Below, in pieces: positions 53,587 to 64,000 of a DNA stretch of 64,000 nucleotides; position 1 is the stretch's first letter, and the number at the start of each line of letters is the position of its first letter. The notes beneath the pieces were generated by a model that made no database searches, had not been told where the DNA came from, and saw only the letters and a list, made by a program, of their open reading frames with translations. Origin of the DNA: Hydrolagus affinis. Its lineage: Eukaryota. Location of the stretch: positions 62,001 to 126,000 of the forward strand of contig JAAILG010000090.1 in assembly GCA_012026655.1 (NCBI GenBank), given 5' to 3'. A program made the position numbers and the translations under genes.

Positions 53587-54369
53587 GGAAGGTCGATCTC
53601 TCCCTCTCTCCCTCCCTCTCAGTTTGAGGTACAGTGATCCAGTCTCTTAGATGGCCTGGGCGTGTGGCTTATTGTTAGTATTATTTTGTTTTTTTTTGAA
53701 GGGATTATTATCCCCAGAAAAGCAATCATTAGACAACCGACTAACAACTGGATTCCTACTTACCGCTAGGTAAACAGAGGAGTTCAGAAACTTGCCCAAC
53801 GTTTCACCCTGCCTAGGAATCAAACGCAAGTCCTCTCATTTGCGAGTCGAGTAGTCTAACTACTAAGCTACTGCAATAACTGTAATAAATCACATTGGGC
53901 CGTATATCACTGACCATCCACCACAGAAATGACAAGAATTTATATGCTTTGTCAGTCAATTTATGGTGATTTGAAACTGTCACGCCTCCATTGTATGAGA
54001 ATGAATGATTTACAATTGATACTTTGTTATATTTTGCAGCATTACTTCATTTACAGAAGAGGCTGTAATTATTACATATAATGAAACTACCATGTGCCAT
54101 GTAATTTTAAATAATAAATCAAAGTAGGGCCATGACTGTTTATAGTTAGAAAAATGGTTCAACAATTGTGCCAGAATTGAAAGCAACTGAAAGCATCTAC
54201 TAATTTTAATGTATTGTATTTTTCTGTTTGAGTTTCTCCTTCAACAATTTTGTTGAAAACTACAACATTTCAGAGGTAAGAGTCTTTTTAGGCACACGCG
54301 CCCCTATTTAGCTAGCAATAAGTAGAAACCTAGTTATTAGTCGATTGGTGGATCAGGTAATAATCTCTA

Positions 54370-54546
54370 AAAAAATTGGGGTCACTCAATCTACGACCGT
54401 TTGTGAGACAATGCTGTGCGTAATTGCCTGCCGGGTTTCAGCCACAAAATATACAGTCAAATCTACTTTACAGCATATTCTGCAAATCGCTTTGAGACAT
54501 CTCAATGACATCATTAAGCCCTATAACAGATGCAAGGATTATTATT
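54370..54546 (+). mobile_element. 5'-truncated SINE copy
   Basis: tgtgagacaatgctgtgcgtaattg...gatgcaaggattattatt. Confidence 0.7.
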
Positions 54547-54909
54547 GTGGTAGTACAATTTCCTTGTGAATTATTATTGGTACTGTCTGTAATGTATGAC
54601 ACAACTTCTCGATGTAACAAGTGCTTAACTTTTAAAATGACAAAGATCATTGTGTTATGGGCTTGGAGTTACTACAGTATTATAATAATTAAGCTGTTCT
54701 AATGTTGGAGTAATATTAGAACTGTACATATTGCTGTAATATTAGTATATTTTTAGTGTATTTTCCATGAGCCCCAGAAAGATGTCTCTGCACATCTGAC
54801 AACAGTCTTAAGTGTTAAAACAGTTTAAATACATCTGCTTTTTTCCTCATCCTCACCTACAAAGAATTGAGTACCCTGTAACTAGCTCTAAAAGCGATCC
54901 GAATAGTAT

Positions 54910-55310
54910 TTCTTGCATTTGAATCACATCAAAGGGAAACATCTCAAAGTGCTTCTTACATAATTGCTGTCAAATGTAAGTGAGTGTAAGCAAACACAGC
55001 AGCTATTTGTGCCAGCAAACAATCACTGGGTGAAGAACCAATTAACACAGAGAATTGTTGGTCTTGGAAAGACTGGGAGAAACTCCCCTCTCTTTATTAG
55101 GTAGTATCATAGAATCTTAAAGTTTACCTACAGAACAGTAAGATTGCACCATTGGTTTAACATCTCATCGGAAAGATGGCACTTCTGACAATCCCTCAGT
55201 TCTGTACTTGAACAACGGCCTAATCTATGAGCTCAAGTGTGGATGTGTAGTTCGAACCCATAACCTCTGATTCAGAGGTGAGAGTGCTACCGACTGAACC
55301 AAGCTGATGT
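54910..55310 (-). mobile_element. DeuSINE copy
   Basis: ggtttaacatctcatcggaaagatggcac core; tRNA head gttcgaacc...gtgctaccgactgaacca in reverse. Confidence 0.65.
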
Positions 55311-55720
55311 TACCTTTTCTTAACCAATCTAAAACCCCAAGTTGTTTTTTTTGGAAAAGAGTGATTAGGTTAAGATCATAAAAGATGATATAGGCTGCAT
55401 TTGAATTTATTTTTCAGGTTGATTTTCACAAACAATTGTACAATGTGTGTATTGTCCAGATTCCACTGAACTTGAAGTATGATTAATAATAATGATTCTA
55501 GCATTTGATATAGTGTCTTATCATGTCTTTGAGATGTCGCAAAGCATTTCACAGAATATACTGTAAAGTGAATTGACTATATTTTGTGGACAATTTTTTT
55601 TGGCTGTTGACTTGAACCGAGGCATGACAACATGAATTTAACTTTTTCTGTGGCGCAGACTCTCTGATTAAGAATAGATAGAGAGTAAGGCTGGTTTTGA
55701 GATGTCAGATGATCTCTTAC

Positions 55721-55929
55721 CTCTTGCGGTATCCAGTGCTCGATGTATGAATTCACCTCCAGAATGAAAATAGGCAGCAAGGTCAAAACCTGGTAAGTCA
55801 CTGGCTGCTATTCCATAGTACTCCACACTGGTGCCATAGAAATCGTCACCCCCAAGCATTTTGTGTGCAGCGTTTAAGACATGAGTGATGCCCATCTTCC
55901 AAAGGCCGAATGTGTCCTGCGCTATCGTA
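55721..55929 (-). CDS. DUSP13A: DUSP13A second coding exon
   Basis: ctcattag acceptor, G|gtaaga donor, 209 bp; [59 protein letters not shown] matches the MDSP pattern. Confidence 0.92.
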
Positions 55930-56896
55930 CTAATGAGACAAGGGATAGTAGTAAACAACCCAGTAAAAAAAAATGTAATCGTATCAACAACATCCTTTTT
56001 TCTCTTTTGACTTCCCTTTTAGGAATTTACTGCTTATAGAGACTAGGGATATCGATTCTGAGCATTCCCGTTTTGTCCAACTGGGGACAGATGGCTGGGA
56101 GCCCTGTTAAGAAGACAAGGCCATTAGAGGGCATCGCCTCATTTGATCACATCCTTCCAGAATCCTCACCCTACCATCCTCCCATTGTTCCTGAAATCAA
56201 TGTGATCGTCAGGCCTTAACATACAGATATGATCTTGACACACTGCAGTGAAATCATAATGCAATTTACTTTATATTGGTTAGTGCAGTTTGCGTGCAGT
56301 GTAAAATGATCCTTTGTGCCAGAGAACATAACACTGCTTTCAGGAGTGTGGGTGCACGGAGATGCGCAGGCCATTGAAAGACACTGACACTAGAACAAAC
56401 AAAACTATCCCCCTTATATCCATCACATACTGGCAGTCATAGGTTGAACTTTGGTTTTGACAATTCTCTAATTCTCTAATTATTTCATCATAACCTGTTA
56501 TGAAACATCACATTTTTTACTCCATAATGAGATGTCCTTTAATTATTTAGTATTTTGATACAGTGATTTATTTATATAAGCATACATGTTTGCTAATCTT
56601 AATACTGTAAAAGGAACAAAATAGTACTTGGCTACAGCAACAAAAGCATTACATTCCGCCACACACCCCCACCACCCCCACTCCACCAGCATCACCACCA
56701 CATTCATTACTTTTCTCCAAGACAACATGAATCTTTAATTAAAGAGCTCACATTTTGAAATCATACGGATGAATTACACAACTAGGACATGTTTTAAATT
56801 TGCTGTTAGTCTTTCTCAATACAACCATTATCAAAACCATGTCTTTTAAAATGTCCCAGCACCACTCTTTGACATCAATGTTAAGGGTGTACTCAC

Positions 56897-57063
56897 ATAT
56901 CTCCCAAGTATAGGTTGGGCCAAACCTCGTCAATATGGTGAAACGGGATCTTGTTGCTCTTCAAGATCTCCTCCAATTCTGCAACAGTGGGAGTGGCAGA
57001 ATCTGACCTGGAGTCTTCAAGGGAGCTGGGAATGTTCCCTGAGTGACCCACTACACCCGACAT
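56897..57063 (-). CDS. DUSP13A: DUSP13A (MDSP-like) first coding exon (absent from the ORF track)
   Basis: Hand translation: MSGVVGHSGNIPSSLEDSRSDSATPTVAELEEILKSNKIPFHHIDEVWPNLYLGD; AT|gtgagt donor. ELEE(I/L)L and DEVWPNL match recalled MDSP. Confidence 0.9.
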
Positions 57064-57368
57064 TTCCACAATATAGATTTATTTGCTTTCGTGGTTGAAA
57101 TAGGCCCTTCACTCTGTGATTTGGAGAGCTGTCTTTCTCTGTCAGACTGACGTGAGTCTGAATGTGATGCCTCTCAACAGGTGCAAGTCCATGTGCTCGT
57201 AAGCAGTGTTGGTCAACTCCATATACAAACAGACTTTAATAGATTCCAGTAAAGAGCTATTGGCCAATGTAATGTCAGAAATTCAATAAATGCCAATCCA
57301 AAGTTTGCCTTTCTAACATATTGCTGCAGTACCAGAACTGGTTCAATTACTACTTTTTGCTGCTCCTG

Positions 57369-58480
57369 AACAAAACAACAACAAAATTACATTTGTATAG
57401 CGCCTTTCATGTCAGGAGGATGTCCCAAGGCACTGAACAGTCAGAATTTCAGATCCGAGCTGGGGTCGGGAACAGGAATGGTGGAGGGAAAGGAAGGGAT
57501 TTGGGGTGACCGATGGGACCATTGTGGAGGAGAGTTTTGAGGCGGGACTTAAAAGAGGCCAGAAAGGGGGTGAGGGGGAGGGACTCCAGGATGGAATTAC
57601 AGAGGTTAGGGACAGAGTGGCTGAAGGCTCGCTCACTGATGGTGGGCCGGGTAGATCAGGGGACATGGAGCAGGCTGGAGCCCTCTGAGTCTAGGAAGCA
57701 CCCTAGGTTCATCAGGGGGTAAGGAGATTGCAAATGTAGGGTAGTGCAAGGCCATGGAGGGCTTTGAAGGCGAGTAACAGGATCTTGCATTGAATCCTCT
57801 GGGTGATCGGGAGTCAATGAACTTGGGCGAGAATGGGGTAGATGGGGTCGCAGAGGGGTGCACAGTTCTGGATGATCTGAAACCTATTAAGGGAGGGACT
57901 AGGAAGGCTGCCAAGCAGGACATTGGCGTAGTCAAGCCTAGATGTGATGAAGGCATGAATGAGGGTTTCGGCGGCTTGAGGGGTGAGGGGTGAGGTAGTG
58001 GTGAAGTCAGGCAATGTTGTGGAGTAGGAAAGGCAGAGTGGGTCATGGCTTGGATGTGGGGGAGGAAAGCCAGTTGAGGATCGAACAAGACATGTTCTAG
58101 ATTCCTGACTGGCTTATTGTGGTGAAGGGTGCAACCATGGAGATTGATGCTTCCAGTGCTTTATATGTGAAGACCCTGGCGTGAGCCAATCAGGAAGTCC
58201 TTGGTCTTGTTGTCATTCAACTATTGAAAGTTAGTTCTCATCCAGGACTTGATATCTCACTAGCAGACTGTCAGGACAACAGTGGTTCTGGAATCGAGCG
58301 TAAAAGCAGAAAAGTAGAGTTGGGTGTCATCCGCATACATGTGGAAGTTGACCCCGTGTCTGCTGATGATGTCTTTGAGGGGGAGCATGTAGATATTGAA
58401 AATTATGGGGCCAAGGACAGAGCCCTGGGTGATGCCACAAGTGGTAGTGCGGGAGCTGGAGGAGAAGCTATTGGTGGCAA
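57369..58480 (-). mobile_element. L2 LINE 3' ~1.1 kb with RT remnant
   Basis: Minus strand encodes QGSVLGP, HMYADDTQLY and AETLIHAFITSRLDYAN; L2 tail at 57369. Confidence 0.88.
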
Positions 58481-58496
58481 CAAAGTGGAGACGAAC

Positions 58497-58880
58497 ACAT
58501 CAACAACTTGCATTTATATAGCGCTCTTCACACAGGGTAGCGTCTCGAAATGATTAACAGTGGCGAAGCCTGACGCCTAGCTGTGGGGTGGGAGGGAGGA
58601 GGTGATTGTAAGCACGGTCGAAGAAGAAGGTTTTCAGGCATGATCTAAAAGGCGGAAGGCAAGGTAGATGGATTGGAGCACAGAATTACAAACCATCTGA
58701 TCCTAGTGGCTGAAAGCAGGGCACCGGTGGTGGAACAGAAGCGACGAGGGACAAGCAGAAGGCCAGGGCCCACCAATGATTGCAAGGTCATTCGAGTGAG
58801 GAGAAAACAGGTCAGAAAGGTAGGAGATGCCAGGGTGTGAAGGGATTTGTTTACAAGTGAAAGGATATTCAATACAGTAT
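58497..58880 (-). mobile_element. Older L2 3' fragment
   Basis: caacaacttgcatttatatagcgc tail and decayed L2 C-terminal coding remnant. Confidence 0.65.
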
Positions 58881-59582
58881 AAGATGGGTAACAGATCTCC
58901 ATGTTTTTACCAGTATATTGCTTATTGCGACTGTGTGTTTATTGTCAAAGATTATATAGCAAATGCTTTAGTTGATGGCTTTGCAAGGCTCCACTGGGTC
59001 AAGTATTCTGTTGGATGCCATTCTTGTTTCCTGAGAGTGGTTGGAGTGGGTCTGGGAAACGTTTTGAGGTGCCAGATGATTCATAGTGAGTTTACTTGAG
59101 CAGCAATTTGCTTAAAACGTGCCAATTCACCAGTTTCTGTATTTATTAGTAACCTGGGAGTGCTTAATGGTGTACAGATCTTTTCCATTGCCCTGCATGC
59201 TAATTCATTCCTCACCTACTGTAAAAAAAAATTCCCCTGATCCAGACAGTGTTTGTTTGCAGACTGTTCATGTCTGAAGCAATACCAATATTACGCAGCT
59301 AACTCAGTACAGACTGGGAAATTCAATCTGAAACCTCCTTGAGCTACCCACTGAGCTGTCAGTGCTGAGGATGAGATGCAGCACAGTGACGCAGCCATCC
59401 TACAGGCAAAGACACTCACTAGACAAACACTCTTGAGTTTACAATGAGGGACTGCTGCAGTGTGCAGTCTGCACGGTTCAGTCACTCACTGAGTTCACAA
59501 TGATGGTGTATTGCAAGATCACTCAATGGATACCAGTAAATACTATCAATTTAAGACTAATCCTTCGAGTTGATACAGTTTC

Positions 59583-59920
59583 TTTCACTTCAGCAGGATG
59601 TCTCAAAATACTTCACAGGAATTACATAGTCAGAACTATGTATTTTGGGCATACATGACAACCAATTTGCACGCAGCAATATCCCACAAACAACCATGAA
59701 GTCAATGACCTATTATTTCCAGGGGATTATGGCCAGGACACCGGGGGAGACTTTAATGTATTTTGTCCTAGCCAGCAATGATCCAGAAATAATTGGTGAT
59801 TCATTTCATGGTTGTTTGTGGGATTTTGCTGAGTGCAAATTGGCTGTCACGTTTGCCAACAAAATATACACTTTAAGATAAATCCTATGAAACACTTTGA
59901 GGCAGCCGCCTGAAGTGAAA
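59583..59920. repeat. SINE-derived inverted repeat (arms about 160 bp, spacer about 23 bp)
   Basis: 59583-59740 is the diverged reverse complement of 59764-59920. Confidence 0.85.
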
Positions 59921-60499
59921 AACACTGTGGTGTGGGATCTTTACCTTAACTCTGAACAAGCAGGTGAGATCTCAATTTAATGTCTCCTCCAATCCCTTGT
60001 GCACTCGCTAACACTGCATTGCAACGTCAACCCCTAGAGTAAATGGGGCTCAAACTGAGTTTTACTCTGATGATATGTTTACAGGCTCGGCCACACAGCG
60101 AGGTTAACACTGACCGTGTGTTACAGACTCAGACACTCAGTAAGTTTACCCTCTGGACACCGACTTGCCCACCACTGTTTCACACTGTTTCACCAGTGAC
60201 GGTCACGCTTTCAGCCACTATACCCCCAAACTACTCTCCCTCTATCCCTCCGCCTTGCCCACTCCTTCCCCATCTTCAGGTTGCGAGGTTACGTTGGCAG
60301 GTGTGTAACAGGGTCAGTCACTCAGTGAGTGTACAGTGAGGATGTGTAACTAGTCACACGGTGAGATTACACAGAGTGTTACAGGGCTCAGTCACTCAGT
60401 GAGTGTACATTGAGGATGTGTCACAGGCTCAGTCAGTCACACAGTGAAATTTTACACTGAGTCACACAGGGTCAGTCACTCACTCAATTCACTCTCTGC

Positions 60500-60830
60500 C
60501 ATGGCACCCGCCGGCCTACGGGCGGCGCTGTGGGGAGCGGGGCGGGTTCGGTTTGTCGTTGGTTGTGAGCGGCGTTTCCCGGGTGACGCGCCGCTCTGCC
60601 CGAGAGCCCAGGCCCGCTCTGCGCAGCCACAGTCCGGCGAGCAGCGGGGAGGCCGGCCACAGCCGGGGAGCCGCCCGCGGGGTAAGTCAGCTCCGGGAGG
60701 GGTGCGGGGGGTGGTGAGCGGCCATCAGTATCTGAAGGGCGGGCCGAGGTGACGGCGCCTGGTGACTGTGCGGTTCCTGGCCGCTCTCTCTGTGTGTCTC
60801 TCTCTGATATTGAGTAACGGCAGCTCCGCA
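60500..60830 (+). promoter_or_regulatory. CpG island promoter and probable non-coding first exon (donor GGG|gtaagt at 60681/60682); by synteny likely SAMD8
   Basis: The only CpG-dense, GC-rich stretch in the window, with a GC box (ggggcggg near 60540). In human, SAMD8 lies head-to-head with DUSP13. No SAMD8 coding sequence is in the window. Confidence 0.7.
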
Positions 60831-60835
60831 GGTCA

Positions 60836-61215
60836 GAGACACACACCCAGAGACACACACACACATAGAGACACACACACACACAGAGACACACCCACAC
60901 AGTAGAGAGACACACATANNNNNNNNNNNNNNNNNNNNNNNNNNNNNNNNNNNNNNNNNNNNNNNNNNNNNNNNNNNNNNNNNNNNNNNNNNNNNNNNNN
61001 NNNNNNNNNNNNNNNNNNNNNNNNNNNNNNNNNNNNNNNNNNNNNNNNNNNNNNNNNNNNNNNNNNNNNNNNNNNNNNNNNNNNNNNNNNGAGACACCCA
61101 CCCACACAGAGACACACACACACAGAGATAGAGAGATATACACACACAGACATCCTTACAGAGACACACACACACAAACGGAGACAGACACACACTCACA
61201 CAGAGAGACAGACAC
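60836..61215. repeat. (CA)/(GA)-rich microsatellite spanning a 172-N gap (60919-61090)
   Basis: cacacagaga repeats flank the Ns. Confidence 0.9.
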
Positions 61216-62055
61216 TGTCAACCACTCCATCTTCCTACACCACCTCCTCTCTCTCCTCTCAGCTCAATCTTGGGCGGACCTGCCCTCGCCTGGTTCGACT
61301 CTGACCTCTCTCGCCGTCTTCACTTTGTTGCCGCTAACGGCTTCTCCTCCAGCCCCCGCACTGTCACCGGTGGCGTTCCCCCCGGGGCTCTGTCCTTGGC
61401 CCTCTCCTTTTCAACATCTATGTGCTTCCCCCTCGGCGATATCATCCGCAGACCACGGGGTTAACTTCCACATATATGCGGACGACACCCAAGTCTATCT
61501 TTCTGCCTCTACCCTCGATTCCAGGTCCATTGCTGTCCTGACACACTGCCTGTTTAGACATCAAGTCCTGGGTGAGAGCTAACTTTCTACAGTTGAATGC
61601 CAACATGACCGAGGCCCTCCCATCACCCAGAGGATTCAATTCAAGATTTTGGTCCTCATCTTTACAGCCCTCTATCGCCTCGCCCCACCCTACCTCTGCA
61701 TCCTCCTAACCCCTAACAACCTGCCCACTCCCTTCGCTCAGAGGGCTCCGTCCTGCTCCGTGTCCCTTGACCCACCAGCCCCACCATCGGCGGGCGAGCC
61801 TTCAGCCACTCTGCCCCCAACCTCTGGAATTCCGTCTCGCAATCCGTCTGCCCCTTGCCCTCTCCCTGGCCTCCTTCAAGTTTTGTCTTACAACCCTCCT
61901 CTTTGACCGTGCCATCAGTCCACTCCAGTCCCCTCCCTTCTCTCCACTCATCCCGATCCCAGCTTGTGTCTGAAACACTGACTGTCCAGCGCCTTGGGAC
62001 GTCCTCCTGACGTGAAAGGCGCTATACAAATGTAATATTGCTGTTTTTGTTGTTG
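61215..62055 (+). mobile_element. Internally deleted L2 with RT remnant
   Basis: ALAWFDSDLS, HGVNFHIYADDTQVYLS, LAPPYL, GRAFS motifs and an L2 tail. Confidence 0.85.
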
Positions 62056-63320
62056 AATGAGGGTGATGGAGCTGTTGCATGATAGAAGGAGGGATTGAAT
62101 AAGTGAATGAATGAGGGCAGGAGGGATTGAAGAATTTGCTGGAGGGAGCTGCTGGTTTGCAGGAGGGAGAGGGACGATAAACAGGAAATGAAGAGACTCA
62201 GTGATGCTGGGTCTCTTCTTGCAGGGAATTGATGCAATTGTTTCATCTTCACTGAATGATTTTTTGAACCATGTATGAGTTGTGTTGTATTAGTTTTCCT
62301 GTTTATTCTTTCTGTCCCGGTTACTGTAAAATGTAACCATTGAAATTATCAGAAAGTTTGGCTTCATTCACTCACCTAGTGCACACACATTGATTTTAAA
62401 AAAAAGTTTTACTTGTTCATTATCAATTCACAAATAAATTATTTGTTGTGAACTTCTATCTGGCCAGCTTCCTATGTTTATTTGGATTAAATAATTAGTA
62501 TGTTATGTGGAGGCTTTTAAAAAGTAGAGATGTTTAAAGAAAGCGATCTCTGCAAAAAGAAAATCAGTCCTCGTGTGAGAACTGACGACTGGAAAAGCTG
62601 GTTTCTCAGGTTGGATATCAAGTTCAAAGTTATACATTGCGACAGAGACTGGTCAGTGGTTTTAGTCGTGAAACCTTGTATTTTCAATTTTGTTCTACTG
62701 ATTGAGCCATGGTGATTATCTAAAAATGTGGAAAGCTCAGTTCAGTTACAACAATCAGGCAAGAAAACCTTAAAAATTGGTTCAAGGACTGTAATCAGAA
62801 CAGGGCCTTGATTCATGTTTTGCAGAGACAGTGTTTTGATGTTGAGACACACTGAAATTATATGGAATAGCTTTGGTACTTTAATTGCAACCTCTTATAT
62901 CTCTCCTAATCTTTTTTCCCCCTAACGTTTCTTTTCGTAGCTCCTTTTAGAATTTTTCGCTTGCCTTATACAGTATTTTGCTTCCAGGTTCTATGATTCA
63001 TCTTGGAAGCGGTGAGGTTGTCTCAACTGTCTAAACTAATGTTGGAGGATTTCATTTGGAGGATTGTTGGCCAGGACACCGGGAGAACTCCCTTCTCTTA
63101 TAATATAGTTTAATGTCCATCTGAACAGGCAGATGGGGCTTTGGTTTAAGATTTCAACCAATCATTTTTTATGTGATGGCTACAATTTTTATACCTCTAT
63201 ATTCATGTCAGGAGAACATTTTAAAGGGGTTCACATAATTGACTTAGCACCTGAGTTGTGGGGTGGGGGTGGAGCTGAGCAGGGTCAGGGGAAGATATTC
63301 AACATGAGCTATTATTATAT

Positions 63321-63612
63321 GTGGAGTCCTGTGTAGCTCAGTGGTTAGAGGACTCGCCTTACAAGCATGATACCTGTGTTCAATTCTAGGTGAGGTGAAA
63401 CCTTGGGCAAGTTTCCTTACTCCACACGCCTAATAATAATCCCTCATTTCAATCCACGATTGTGGGATACTGCTGTGCGCAATTGGCTACTGAGTTTAGC
63501 CCACAAATATGCAGTCAATTCACAGTGCAGAACACAGTGTATACTGTGAAGTGCTTTGAGATGTCTAGAAGACGTGAAAAGCATATATCAAATGCAAAGA
63601 TTATTATTATTA
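63321..63612 (+). mobile_element. tRNA-derived SINE, near full length
   Basis: gtggagtcctgtgtagctcagtggttag head, ccttgggcaagtttccttactccac, (att)n tail. Confidence 0.85.
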
Positions 63613-64000
63613 TACTCCACCTACATTTACTATTCAGTAGCCAATAACTTTGAAGAGTCAATATCATAATTAGTTTTATCATGATAGACATAGTTTTGTG
63701 AGGTGTACATTTGCTGTCATAGAATACTGTTATTTCTCCCCGACTAGTGCCCGGTTTAAGGTGAGATTTTTTAAAATGGCTGCAGTTGATGGCACTGCAA
63801 TCTGAACATTGATGATTGTGTTGCTCTGGCTGAAAGATGTCTGTTTCCACCTGGGACCTCGCTGAATCATGTGTCGTGAATTGTCTCAAGTTCCCAATGT
63901 GGCCACAGTATTTTCTGGGTCAGGCATTTGTGTTGTGTGGGGATTTGGGTGACGTGGGTTTGTATTTTACGGACGTCCTCCCGACATGAAAAGCGCAATT

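Noticed and set aside
59216-59500. Possible shared non-coding first exon of DUSP13 (minus-strand TAG|gtgagg donor)
   Set aside because: No convincing acceptor upstream of the DUSP13A ATG, so it is unsupported without transcript data.
60444-61199. ORFs of 100-219 aa over the CpG island and microsatellite
   Set aside because: Artefacts of GC-rich stop-poor DNA, dinucleotide repeats and Ns.

Overview
This is AT-rich vertebrate genomic DNA. The repeat families (DeuSINE/SacSINE-like SINEs, L2 and HER1/CR1-type tails, Penelope-like termini) and short introns point to a cartilaginous fish, possibly a holocephalan; the taxon is an inference. The window reproduces the conserved block KAT6B(+) - DUSP29(-) - DUSP13B(-) - DUSP13A(-) - CpG island. 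I assembled six 3' coding exons of KAT6B and three complete three-exon atypical dual-specificity phosphatase ORFs (214, 200 and 207 aa) by hand, all with GT-AG boundaries and consistent phase. The CpG island at about 60.5-60.8 kb carries a + strand splice donor and is probably the SAMD8 first exon, by synteny only. The remainder is intron/intergenic DNA with many SINE/LINE fragments and two N-gaps. I see no clearly new biological system. The best leads are two candidate in-frame upstream exons for DUSP13B, a Ser-to-Ala change after the catalytic CX5R of DUSP13B, a minimal hammerhead ribozyme motif in a DUSP13A intron, a candidate poison exon in KAT6B, a SINE fold-back palindrome near the CpG island, and a perfect 24-bp hairpin. 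Gene identities rest on recalled human protein sequences, not database searches, and repeat boundaries are approximate.
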